The translations under genes and the position numbers were made by a program. 40,932 nucleotides of DNA, taken from UHGV virus genome UHGV-1367653; one strand, written 5' to 3'. Shown piece after piece: positions 1-7,671 of this stretch; position 1 is the first letter of the stretch, and every line of letters begins with the position of its first letter. Source of the stretch: a virus. The notes below the pieces were generated by a model. The model was given only the letters and a program-made list of their open reading frames with translations, ran no database searches and was not told the origin of the DNA.

Positions 1-1
1 C

Positions 2-1366
2 CGCAACGTCGGCCAGAACGAGCCGGACCAGGCCTACGGCCGCGCGCGCCAGAAGGAATACGAAGACGGTGCCATCTGCTACAACTTCACCAAGCGCACG
101 CTATCCGGCATGGTAGGCAGCGTCATGCGCAAGGACCCGGAGCAGATTATTCCTAGCCAAATGGAATACCTGCTGACAAACGCCGACGGCTCTGGTGTCG
201 GCCTGTGGCAGCACGCGCAGGACACGCTAATGGAACTGGACTCTATCGGTCGTGGCGGGCTGCTGGTGGATGCGCCTAATGTTGCCGTGGCTACGATGGC
301 CGAGCAGAACGCGGGCCTGCTGAACCCGGTTATCGCGTTCTACACGGCAGAGAACATCATCAACTGGCGTCTTGCGCGTCACGGCTCTGTTAACAAGGTT
401 GTGATGGTTGTCCTGCGCGAAGAATACGAATATCTGGATGGCACTGACGAGTTCAGCCCGAACTACGGACAACAGTATCGCGTCCTGGATATCGTCGACG
501 GTAAATACCGCCAGCGCCTGTACCAGTTCAGCCAGAAAGGCGAGTTGATTAACAACGTGCAGGAGATTTTCCCGCAGCTCGGCAGCGTAGAGCCTGGCAC
601 TATCCCGTTCACGTTCATCGGCGCGAGCAACAACGACTCAACTATCGACGATGCTCCACTGCTGCCGTTGGCTGAACTGAATATCGGCCACTTCCGCAAC
701 AGCGCCGATAACGAGGAATCCAGCTTCGTTGTGGGCCAGCCGACACTATTCATCGCGCCCGGTGAGCAGATGTCGCTTCAGACGTTCACAGAGGCCAACC
801 CGAACGGCGTGAAGATGGGTAGTCGCACCGGTCATAACGTCGGCGCAGGCGGCAACGCGTTCCTGGTGCAGGCGGATGCTAACAACCTCGCCAAAGAGAA
901 CATGCTGAACAAAGAGCAGCAGGCCATTCAGATTGGTGCGCAGCTTATCACGCCGACACAGCAGATTACCGCCGAGTCTGCCCGCCTCCAGCGTGGTGCT
1001 GATACGTCCGTGATGGCGACAATTGCGCGCAACGTTAGCCAGGCGTACACAGATGCGTTAAAGTGGGTTGCAGCGATGATGAACCTCGGAGACCAGGAAA
1101 TTGAATTCAAGCTGAATATGGAATTCTTCCTGCAACCAATTACCGCACAGGACCGCGCCGCATGGATGGCAGACATCAACGCCGGATTACTTCCGGCAAC
1201 CGCATATTATGCCGCGCTGCGTAAAGCCGGTGTTACTGACTGGACGGATGAGGATATCCAGAACGCTATCGCCGACCAGCCGCTGCCGAATGCTACGACG
1301 GTGACTGGAAACATCCCGGCTTCAGCTAATCCGCAAGACCAACAGAATCAGCAGGCTCAGCAATGA
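2..1366 (+). CDS. Portal protein, C-terminal ~455 codons. The ORF is open from the first base of the window, and the first Met in the track is at 110.
   Basis: The frame is open from position 2 with no upstream stop. It matches in phase the partial ORF at 40805..40932. It lies between the large terminase and the head morphogenesis protein, and its size fits an SPP1-type portal. Confidence 0.8.
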   Translation, partial: RNVGQNEPDQAYGRARQKEYEDGAICYNFTKRTLSGMVGSVMRKDPEQIIPSQMEYLLTNADGSGVGLWQHAQDTLMELDSIGRGGLLVDAPNVAVATMAEQNAGLLNPVIAFYTAENIINWRLARHGSVNKVVMVVLREEYEYLDGTDEFSPNYGQQYRVLDIVDGKYRQRLYQFSQKGELINNVQEIFPQLGSVEPGTIPFTFIGASNNDSTIDDAPLLPLAELNIGHFRNSADNEESSFVVGQPTLFIAPGEQMSLQTFTEANPNGVKMGSRTGHNVGAGGNAFLVQADANNLAKENMLNKEQQAIQIGAQLITPTQQITAESARLQRGADTSVMATIARNVSQAYTDALKWVAAMMNLGDQEIEFKLNMEFFLQPITAQDRAAWMADINAGLLPATAYYAALRKAGVTDWTDEDIQNAIADQPLPNATTVTGNIPASANPQDQQNQQAQQ

Positions 1367-2406
1367 GCCTCATCTCTGCTTTCATCAGCCATCAGGTATG
1401 GCTCCAGCGCAACGCCTCGCATGAGGTGAACGAGCTTGAGCCGTTCATCCAGCAGATGCGTGACGAGGTGCGTAAACAGGTTCTCCAGTTCGGCGATGAC
1501 AATCGCACACGGCAGAACCTGGAGAAGCTCCTGCGTGACCTGGAAGATATCCTGGACGGCATTACAACAGACTGGCAGGACAAGCTGACCGAAGACCTAC
1601 AGGCGCTTGGCGGCTATGAGGCAGACTGGACTGCCAAAACATTGACGGCTAACGTCGATGCCGAGTTTGTCACGCCGTCGCCAGAACAAGTATGGTCCGT
1701 CGCCAAGTGGGCCCCTCTTGCACTGAGCGATAAACCCGCTGACCTGTTCGGCATGATGGCGGGTTGGGGTGATACCGAGATTAACCGTCTCGTCACCGGC
1801 GTTAAGATGGGCTTCGTGCAGGGCAAGACCACGCGGCAGATTGTTAAAGAGGTAGTAGGCCCGGGCGGCCTGGCCGACATCAGCCAGCGAAACGCCGCAA
1901 CCGTGATTCGCACGGCGATTAACCACGTATCGACACAGGCGCGGGAAACGACGTACAAAAAGAACAGTGACATCGTTGAAAAATACGAATGGGTTTCGAC
2001 TCTTGACAGCAGAACATCAACTATCTGCCGTAGTCGTGACGGTCAGAAATACGACATTGGCAAAGGCCCTTTGCCTCCTGCGCACCCTAATTGCCGAAGC
2101 ACTACGGCTCCGGTAATTAGTTCCGAGTTCGACTTCCTGGATAAAGGCGCCAAGCGCGCGGCTAAAGGGGCAGAAGGTGGCCAGCAGGTCGACGCCAGCA
2201 CAACCTATTACGACTTCCTGAAGCAACAACCCGCGTGGTTCCAGGATGAAGCGCTCGGGCCGGTGCGCGGAAAGATTTTCCGTAATAGTGGGATATCGGC
2301 AGAAGAATTCCGTACAATCTCAGTGGATGGGTTCGGGCGTCCGCTCACCCTTAACGAAATGGCCGCGCTGGATAAACGCGTTGCCGACTACCTGGAGAGT
2401 TTATAA
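1363..2406 (+). CDS. Head morphogenesis protein (Mu gpF / SPP1 gp7 family minor head protein)
   Basis: It has a C-terminal motif DSRTSTICRSRDGQKYD...HPNCRS typical of Mu F-like proteins. Its ATGA overlaps the portal stop. Confidence 0.8.
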   Translation: MSLISAFISHQVWLQRNASHEVNELEPFIQQMRDEVRKQVLQFGDDNRTRQNLEKLLRDLEDILDGITTDWQDKLTEDLQALGGYEADWTAKTLTANVDAEFVTPSPEQVWSVAKWAPLALSDKPADLFGMMAGWGDTEINRLVTGVKMGFVQGKTTRQIVKEVVGPGGLADISQRNAATVIRTAINHVSTQARETTYKKNSDIVEKYEWVSTLDSRTSTICRSRDGQKYDIGKGPLPPAHPNCRSTTAPVISSEFDFLDKGAKRAAKGAEGGQQVDASTTYYDFLKQQPAWFQDEALGPVRGKIFRNSGISAEEFRTISVDGFGRPLTLNEMAALDKRVADYLESL

Positions 2407-2975
2407 TGGCCGGATTCTATGTAGTAACCAGAAATGACCAGAAGCGCGTTATCACGCTGCGACGCGTTGCCGATAATACTGGCGGTGCCGTCTATCTCGA
2501 CGACGCGGCGGAAGCTGCACTGCCCGCGCCTACGGGAACAATGCCATTCTCGGACCTGACAACCTGGGCGGCGGCGGTTAAAGACACCTCAGCCTACCAG
2601 GTGCCGTATGACGCCGACAAAGGCCCATCGCTGATTACCGTAGTCGGCCAGACGCAATACAGTGCAGACGGCAGCACCTGGGCCAACACGATTCCGGATG
2701 GCGTTATGGTTGCCGGTAGTCCGGTCGAGTTTTACATCCGTACCAATCCGGCGGGCTTGACGCGCACAGACGACGGAACGTATACCTACAACTTCCTGAT
2801 GCAGACTGTCGGCTCTGGCGGACTCTCGCTGATTAACATCGGCCGCAACATGGCGAAAGTGGCGGGCACTACCCCGCTTGACCAGGTAGGGCAGATGTTT
2901 AGCGTAAACTGCACCGTCGTTGATGGCTCCGCGCATTCCGTGACGGGAACCGCATTATCTAAAGTATGGGAGTAA
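2406..2975 (+). CDS. Hypothetical structural protein (189 aa)
   Basis: An ORF with a TAATG start overlap and Thr/Gly-rich composition, located in the head module. Confidence 0.4.
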   Translation: MAGFYVVTRNDQKRVITLRRVADNTGGAVYLDDAAEAALPAPTGTMPFSDLTTWAAAVKDTSAYQVPYDADKGPSLITVVGQTQYSADGSTWANTIPDGVMVAGSPVEFYIRTNPAGLTRTDDGTYTYNFLMQTVGSGGLSLINIGRNMAKVAGTTPLDQVGQMFSVNCTVVDGSAHSVTGTALSKVWE

Positions 2976-2978
2976 AAT

Positions 2979-3113
2979 ATGCCGCTGAAGAAAGGTAAGT
3001 CCAAGAAGGTCATCTCTGAGAACATTAAGGCAGAGATTAAAGCTGGTAAGCCGCAGGACCAGGCGGTCGCTATTGCTCTTAGCAAGGCGGGCAAGAAGCG
3101 TAAAAGTAAATAG
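2979..3113 (+). CDS. Small lysine-rich basic protein (44 aa)
   Basis: Translates as [44 protein letters not shown], read by hand; it is not in the 60-aa track. A second tiny K-rich ORF lies at 3136..3189. Confidence 0.3.
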   Translation: MPLKKGKSKKVISENIKAEIKAGKPQDQAVAIALSKAGKKRKSK

Positions 3114-3192
3114 GAGAGAAGTTGTGAAAGATAAAATGAAGCCAAAGACACCGATGAAACCGAAAATGCCCAAGAAAAAGGGCAAATAGAAC

Positions 3193-3216
3193 AAAGGCCC
3201 GAAAGGGCCTTTTCTT
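3193..3216. terminator. Bidirectional rho-independent terminator between convergent genes
   Basis: Hairpin aaaggccc-gaaa-gggccttt followed by tttctt on the plus strand. The minus gene stops at 3215. Confidence 0.6.
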
Positions 3217-3775
3217 ATTGAATCTTACACACGTCGCATCCGCCATTTCCGCGAACTATACCTTTTTCGGTGTACTCAGCAATCTTTTCATCGATAGTAT
3301 CACCGCGGCACATACCACGAGTAGAACTATCCGGTTTCATATGAGTTGCCTGGTAGTTGGCTTCCATTCTTTTTATGCGGGCATAATCTTCGGGGTACAT
3401 AACCTTAAGATTGTACAGCTCCTTTCCACTCATGTGCGGGCAGCAAATACAGCTAGATTTGCCAGGAAGATATAGACCGACTTCCTCTACCGCATCCGAT
3501 TCGTGCTCGCCGATGTCCCAGTCAAAAAGAGGGAAAACCTGCGTCCATTTATGCTCGGGTCTCCAGTTTTCTGCGCGCTCCGGTTCATCAGCGTTTATTC
3601 CTACAATACGGAGAATAGAGCCGGTGTGTGAAGATAAGCGCCGACCTTTACCCGCAACGCCCCAAGCCTTCCAGCAATCCGGATTATTGTTGAAATATTT
3701 ATCGGCGGTCTCAGTTTTAAATCGCATGGTGCAAGACTTGATGCCGAAGGCAGCCCCCCGGCAGCGTGTTATCAC
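3215..3775 (-). CDS. PAPS reductase family protein, C-terminal fragment with a Cys cluster. It is in a different frame from the N-terminal fragment.
   Basis: Cys-rich C-terminus (CICCPHMSG ... GGCDVCKIQ) typical of PAPS-reductase/DndC-like Fe-S proteins. The frame opens just after a TAG 6 codons upstream of the G6 run. Confidence 0.55.
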   Translation of the reverse strand: MITRCRGAAFGIKSCTMRFKTETADKYFNNNPDCWKAWGVAGKGRRLSSHTGSILRIVGINADEPERAENWRPEHKWTQVFPLFDWDIGEHESDAVEEVGLYLPGKSSCICCPHMSGKELYNLKVMYPEDYARIKRMEANYQATHMKPDSSTRGMCRGDTIDEKIAEYTEKGIVRGNGGCDVCKIQ

Positions 3776-4139
3776 GTTCTGCCGTTTCTATAACGCTCAG
3801 TGGTTTTCCGTTCTTGTCGAACTTGTGAAGCACTACAACCTTAGACCAGTTACGCGCTGCACACCATTCAGTCAGATGCTTGATGAATTTGTAGGTGTGC
3901 TGGTGCTCTGACCCGGTATCAGCAAACACAATCTCATCCGGCTCAAACCCGCGCTTATACATCTCAGCCAGCATCATCGTAGTGTCGTCGCCCATACCAG
4001 CCATGACTACACGGAATGTTGTAGCTGCCCAGGCTTCTTCGAAATGAGGACGTTCGGTAAAGAGAATCATGCTGAAATCCCCCATCCCCGAAGGCAAGAG
4101 CTTATCACCCAACGATGTTTTATTAGCAACAGATAGCAC
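3717..4139 (-). CDS. PAPS reductase family protein, N-terminal fragment with a degenerate PP-loop (VVMAGMGDDTTMM)
   Basis: PP-loop ATP pyrophosphatase-like motif. It ends 13 codons after the G6 run at 3754..3759 and overlaps the C-terminal ORF by 59 nt in another frame. Confidence 0.55.
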   Translation of the reverse strand: MLSVANKTSLGDKLLPSGMGDFSMILFTERPHFEEAWAATTFRVVMAGMGDDTTMMLAEMYKRGFEPDEIVFADTGSEHQHTYKFIKHLTEWCAARNWSKVVVLHKFDKNGKPLSVIETAERDNTLPGGCLRHQVLHHAI

Positions 4140-4322
4140 TCAAGACGCGAGCGCTTCGATAAGGCTCTGAGGAAATCGACGTGCCCGTAAGTGCCAGATT
4201 CAGGAATTCTCATTTTATTACTCCAGGGTTAGCGGCCCCTTGCCGCGCTGTGGATTGAACTATAACACAGCCAACACATTAGTAAACTATTATTCCAGTT
4301 ATTCCACCAATAAAAATAATGA

Positions 4323-4337
4323 GGAATAAATTATTCC
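4323..4337. promoter_or_regulatory. Perfect 15-bp palindrome GGAATAAATTATTCC (candidate operator), with TATTCCA half-sites nearby at 4291, 4332 and 4348
   Basis: Read directly. Related palindromes occur at 5214..5226 and 5247..5259. Confidence 0.4.
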
Positions 4338-4601
4338 AAAAGTGGACTATTCCAAATTATTCTGATAACCTCACTTCGTTCTACGAACGCCGCAAGGCGA
4401 CGTAACGTAGGCCGTAAGGCACACGGAGTTACGGGAGACCGCGCGGAAGGGCCGGAGTCTTCTTCGAGTCACGCAGAATAAAAGAATCTTTTGTCCCTCA
4501 ACGACTTACGGCAACAATGATTATTAGTGTGCTGCCGAACAAGTAATGTGGTAGGGATTCGCTTATGCTACTCCCTACTGTTACGCAGGGGTGGAGACAC
4601 A

Positions 4602-4991
4602 ATGAATCTTAAGGTCTATTTTGCTTCCGTAGCTCTTGTCGCATTTGTTGGCTGGGGGTATGGATTTCTTCAATATCGAATGGGCTGGACCGAAGGACGC
4701 CAAAACTTAGTCCAGCAACAGCAAGCCAAAGCACAGGCCCGACTCGCCAAGCAAACCCCACGGCAGCAAGCCAACGATTCGAAGGCCGCCGCCGCCGATG
4801 ACGAAGGTAAAGCAAAAACCGTCACCATCACGCAGGAAGTTATCCGCTATGTTAAAACTCCTGGTCGTAACGTTTGTGTCTTCGATGATACTCGGGTGCA
4901 GCTCAAGTCCCGCGCCGTTGACAATGCCAACACCATCCCCAGCTATGATGACGCCGCCGTGCAAACTTCTGCCGCCGTCGGCCAACGCTGA
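4602..4991 (+). CDS. i-spanin (Rz-like): N-terminal TM helix plus Gln/Ala-rich coiled coil
   Basis: Starts MNLKVYFASVALVAFVGWGYGFL, preceded by SD ggggtggag. A lipoprotein ORF is embedded in its +1 frame. Confidence 0.6.
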   Translation: MNLKVYFASVALVAFVGWGYGFLQYRMGWTEGRQNLVQQQQAKAQARLAKQTPRQQANDSKAAAADDEGKAKTVTITQEVIRYVKTPGRNVCVFDDTRVQLKSRAVDNANTIPSYDDAAVQTSAAVGQR

Positions 4992-5097
4992 CGAAGACCT
5001 GAGCATCGACGTGCAGAACGCTGAATGCACACGGCAGCTACGTTTAAGAGTATTCCAGTTGCAGGACTACATAAGGAACATAACAAATGCCAATTAA
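4849..5097 (+). CDS. o-spanin (Rz1-like) outer-membrane lipoprotein. It starts inside Rz in the +1 frame and extends past the Rz stop.
   Basis: Starts MLKLLVVTFVSSMILGCSSSP, with lipobox ILGC and a Pro-rich mature part. Confidence 0.6.
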   Translation: MLKLLVVTFVSSMILGCSSSPAPLTMPTPSPAMMTPPCKLLPPSANADEDLSIDVQNAECTRQLRLRVFQLQDYIRNITNAN

Positions 5098-5215
5098 ACC
5101 GTTCAGTTTAGAAGACATTAAACGCCAGAAACTCAAGGACGCTATCAAGGTGATTGCCAACCCTGTTAAGCGAGAATCTTTGTACCGCAACCGTAAGCTA
5201 TGGCTAGGTAGTTGA
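5087..5215 (+). CDS. Small hypothetical protein (42 aa)
   Basis: ATG with an AGGAA SD 9 nt upstream, read by hand. Confidence 0.2.
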   Translation: MPIKPFSLEDIKRQKLKDAIKVIANPVKRESLYRNRKLWLGS

Positions 5216-5265
5216 ATAAATTATTCCAGTGTTGCAACATAATCAGGAATAATTTATTCTTGACA
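5214..5265 (+). promoter_or_regulatory. Candidate late promoter TTGCAA(5232-37)-N17-TATTCT(5255-60), flanked and overlapped by the palindromes GAATAAATTATTC (5214-26) and GAATAATTTATTC (5247-59)
   Basis: Hexamers and palindromes read directly. It lies upstream of the scaffold and capsid genes. Confidence 0.45.
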
Positions 5266-5310
5266 GTGTAAAGCCGGGTGGCCCGGCGAAAACCGTCCAG
5301 GGGACATGTG

Positions 5311-5937
5311 ATGACCGACGCAGTTGAAAACACTCAGGCGGAAGAGACTACATCCGCGAAGACCTACACAGAAGCCGAAGTCAACGAGCTGGTGGCAGGC
5401 TTGAAAAAGAACAATGAAGCGCTGTTGGCCGAGAAGAAGGAAGCTGCACGAATCGCTAAAGAAGCGAAAGACGCGCAGATTCTTGCTGACCAGGAGCGAG
5501 CCAAGAAAGACGGCGACCTGTCAACTCTTGAGAAAAGTTTGACCGAGCAGTTCGGCAAACAAATCTCAGAGAAGGACGCCCGCCTGACGATGATGTCTGA
5601 GCGCATTCTTGGCGCAGAACGTAAATCGGTTATCAATTCCCTGTCCGGTATGCTGGTGGACGAAAGCGCCGCCGACATCCTGGGCATGATGGTTAAGACA
5701 GAATTCGACGGCGATGATGTCGTGACTAAATTCGTTGACGGCAACGGCAACGTAATCACGACTGACCCGGCGAAGTTTAAAGAATGGCTGAAAGGCCACA
5801 AAGCATTCTCGCATCTGATTAAATCGGATGCCGCGACCGGCGGCGGGGCTGGCGGTAGCAAAACTAACCCTGGCGGGGCCAGCGGTGCGGATGCAATCCA
5901 GCAAAAACTTAACGCCAAATACGGCAAACGAGGGTAA
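5311..5937 (+). CDS. Head scaffolding protein
   Basis: ATG at 5311 with an AGGGGA SD. The protein is coiled-coil and Lys/Glu-rich, and sits immediately upstream of the major capsid gene. Confidence 0.55.
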   Translation: MTDAVENTQAEETTSAKTYTEAEVNELVAGLKKNNEALLAEKKEAARIAKEAKDAQILADQERAKKDGDLSTLEKSLTEQFGKQISEKDARLTMMSERILGAERKSVINSLSGMLVDESAADILGMMVKTEFDGDDVVTKFVDGNGNVITTDPAKFKEWLKGHKAFSHLIKSDAATGGGAGGSKTNPGGASGADAIQQKLNAKYGKRG

Positions 5938-5943
5938 GAGATT

Positions 5944-6912
5944 ATGGCTCTGTCAGATATGAAGGTTTATAACGACGACATCGTCGGCACCACAATTGAA
6001 TTGCTCGGCCAGAAAACCGACCAGTTCAATGCGGCTTCCGGCGGCGCTATCGTTCTGTCTACTGCCGCATGGCGTGGTGATTTCTCCCGCGAATCTTTCT
6101 TTAACCAGATTGCGTCCGCGAAACGTCGTGTCGACCGCTACGCAACTAACGCAACCCAGGCCGCCACCGCGCTGACCCAGGGTGAGTTGGTGGGCGTTAA
6201 AGTCGCAGGCGGCTTCGGCCCGATTCTGTTCGAACCTGCACAGATGACCTGGCTGAACGAAGACCCGGCGTCAGCGATTCGCGCTATCTCCGAGGGCTTC
6301 TCCGATGCGCTGCTGGCCGACCAGCTCAACACCGCCGTCGGCGCTGCTGTTGCTGCCGTATCCGGCCAGACCGCTCTGGTTAACGACGTGTCCGCAACCG
6401 CCGGTATCAGCCTGCAAGCCATGAACGGCAGCCACGCCAAATTCGGCGACCAGTCACAGCTGCTGATTACCGACGTTATGACAGGCGCAACCTGGCACAA
6501 CCTGGTTGGCAAAGCGCTGGATAACAGTAACCAGCTGTTTGTTTCTGGTAACGTGATGGTTGTCGACATCCTCGGCAAACGTTACGTAGTGTCCGACATC
6601 CCTGCGCTGCTGGAAACCGGCACTCCAGACAAGGCGAAAGTTCTGTCTGTTGTGGCGAGTGGTATCGTGGTTGACAATGCGTCTGATATCATCAGCAACG
6701 TTGACACCTCCAACGGCAAACAGCGCATCGAAACCACCTGGCAGGCAGATTACACCTTCGGCCTACGCCTGAAAGGTTACTCCTGGGATGTGGCGAACGG
6801 TGGCAAATCGCCAATCGACTCCGAGCTGTTCACGGCGTCAAACTGGGATAAAGCTGTTGCCGAGAACAAGCACACTCTCGGTACGCTGGCAATCGGCGAC
6901 GCTTCCAAGTAA
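5944..6912 (+). CDS. Major capsid protein
   Basis: 322 aa. It follows the scaffold gene and is followed by a strong terminator. GAGGGT SD. Confidence 0.7.
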   Translation: MALSDMKVYNDDIVGTTIELLGQKTDQFNAASGGAIVLSTAAWRGDFSRESFFNQIASAKRRVDRYATNATQAATALTQGELVGVKVAGGFGPILFEPAQMTWLNEDPASAIRAISEGFSDALLADQLNTAVGAAVAAVSGQTALVNDVSATAGISLQAMNGSHAKFGDQSQLLITDVMTGATWHNLVGKALDNSNQLFVSGNVMVVDILGKRYVVSDIPALLETGTPDKAKVLSVVASGIVVDNASDIISNVDTSNGKQRIETTWQADYTFGLRLKGYSWDVANGGKSPIDSELFTASNWDKAVAENKHTLGTLAIGDASK

Positions 6913-6935
6913 TATTGGAAGTAACCGAAAACAAG

Positions 6936-6960
6936 ACAGGGACTTCGGTCCCTGTTTTTC
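6936..6960 (+). terminator. Rho-independent terminator after the capsid gene
   Basis: acagggac-ttcg-gtccctgt followed by ttttt. Confidence 0.7.
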
Positions 6961-6973
6961 TAAGAGGTAAATT

Positions 6974-7156
6974 ATGCTTAAGCCTATCTACGTGAAAATG
7001 CCAATCACCATTGACGAGAAACACGCGTATCACGCTAAAGGTTTCCGCGTAATCGACGAGCGTTTTAAACCTGCTGATGTCGAAGATGAGCAACAGGTCG
7101 AAGAAGAAAAGCCGCGCCAGCGTCGCCGTCGTAACGTTGCGGAAGACGAGGAATAA
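6974..7156 (+). CDS. Hypothetical protein (60 aa) with an acidic/basic C-tail
   Basis: AAGAGG SD. Confidence 0.4.
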   Translation: MLKPIYVKMPITIDEKHAYHAKGFRVIDERFKPADVEDEQQVEEEKPRQRRRRNVAEDEE

Positions 7157-7159
7157 TTT

Positions 7160-7669
7160 ATGGCGCTAATTGTGGAAGACGGCAGCATCGTTCCTAACGC
7201 CGACAGTTACGTTAGCCTGGCGGATGCCCGCACGCTCGCCGCGCGTTACAACCTGGCACTCCCGGCCGACGACACCGAAGCCGAAGCCGCCCTCCGCAAT
7301 GGCGCTGTTTATATCGGCCTCCAGGAGCCGATGATGTGCGGCTCGCGCGTATCTCCTTTGCAGGAGTTATCCTTCCCACGCCATGGTGTTACATTGTATG
7401 GTTATCCGGTTGCGTCGGACTCAATTCCGGCGCAGGTTATTCGCGCGCAGGTTATCGCCGCCGTCGAATACGGCAACGGTACGGATGTGCGCGCAAGCAC
7501 CGACGGTCGGGCAACCTCTATGGAGCGTGTAGAAGGAGCCGTGACCGTGCAGTATTTCAACAACGGTGCTACGGGCGCGACAACCGTAATTACGGCAGCT
7601 ATTGACGCTCTGCGCCCGCTGCTGTGTGGGTTGAATAACGGCTCGTCCTTTAACGTATACCGGGGTTAA
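7160..7669 (+). CDS. Hypothetical head completion / connector protein
   Basis: Position in the head-tail joining block. GAGGAA SD. Confidence 0.4.
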   Translation: MALIVEDGSIVPNADSYVSLADARTLAARYNLALPADDTEAEAALRNGAVYIGLQEPMMCGSRVSPLQELSFPRHGVTLYGYPVASDSIPAQVIRAQVIAAVEYGNGTDVRASTDGRATSMERVEGAVTVQYFNNGATGATTVITAAIDALRPLLCGLNNGSSFNVYRG

Positions 7670-7671
7670 TC

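Noticed and set aside
2955-3194. 79-aa hydrophobic minus-strand ORF opposite the lysine-rich small ORFs
   Set aside because: It is the antisense of an A/G-rich stretch, reading as poly-Phe/Leu, and it would run against the operon through the terminator.
5260-5265. Perfect TTGACA hexamer upstream of the scaffold gene
   Set aside because: There is no acceptable -10 at a 16-18 bp spacing, since the downstream sequence is ccggcg. The adjacent TTGCAA-N17-TATTCT fits better.
5364-5927. 187-aa minus-strand ORF antisense to the scaffold gene
   Set aside because: It is embedded in the scaffold gene, has low-complexity Ala/Ser/Pro composition, and has no ribosome-binding site.
7336-7605. Arg-rich 89-aa ORF inside 7160..7669
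   Set aside because: It is an internal alternative frame of a coupled structural gene, with composition typical of an off-frame reading of GC-rich coding DNA.
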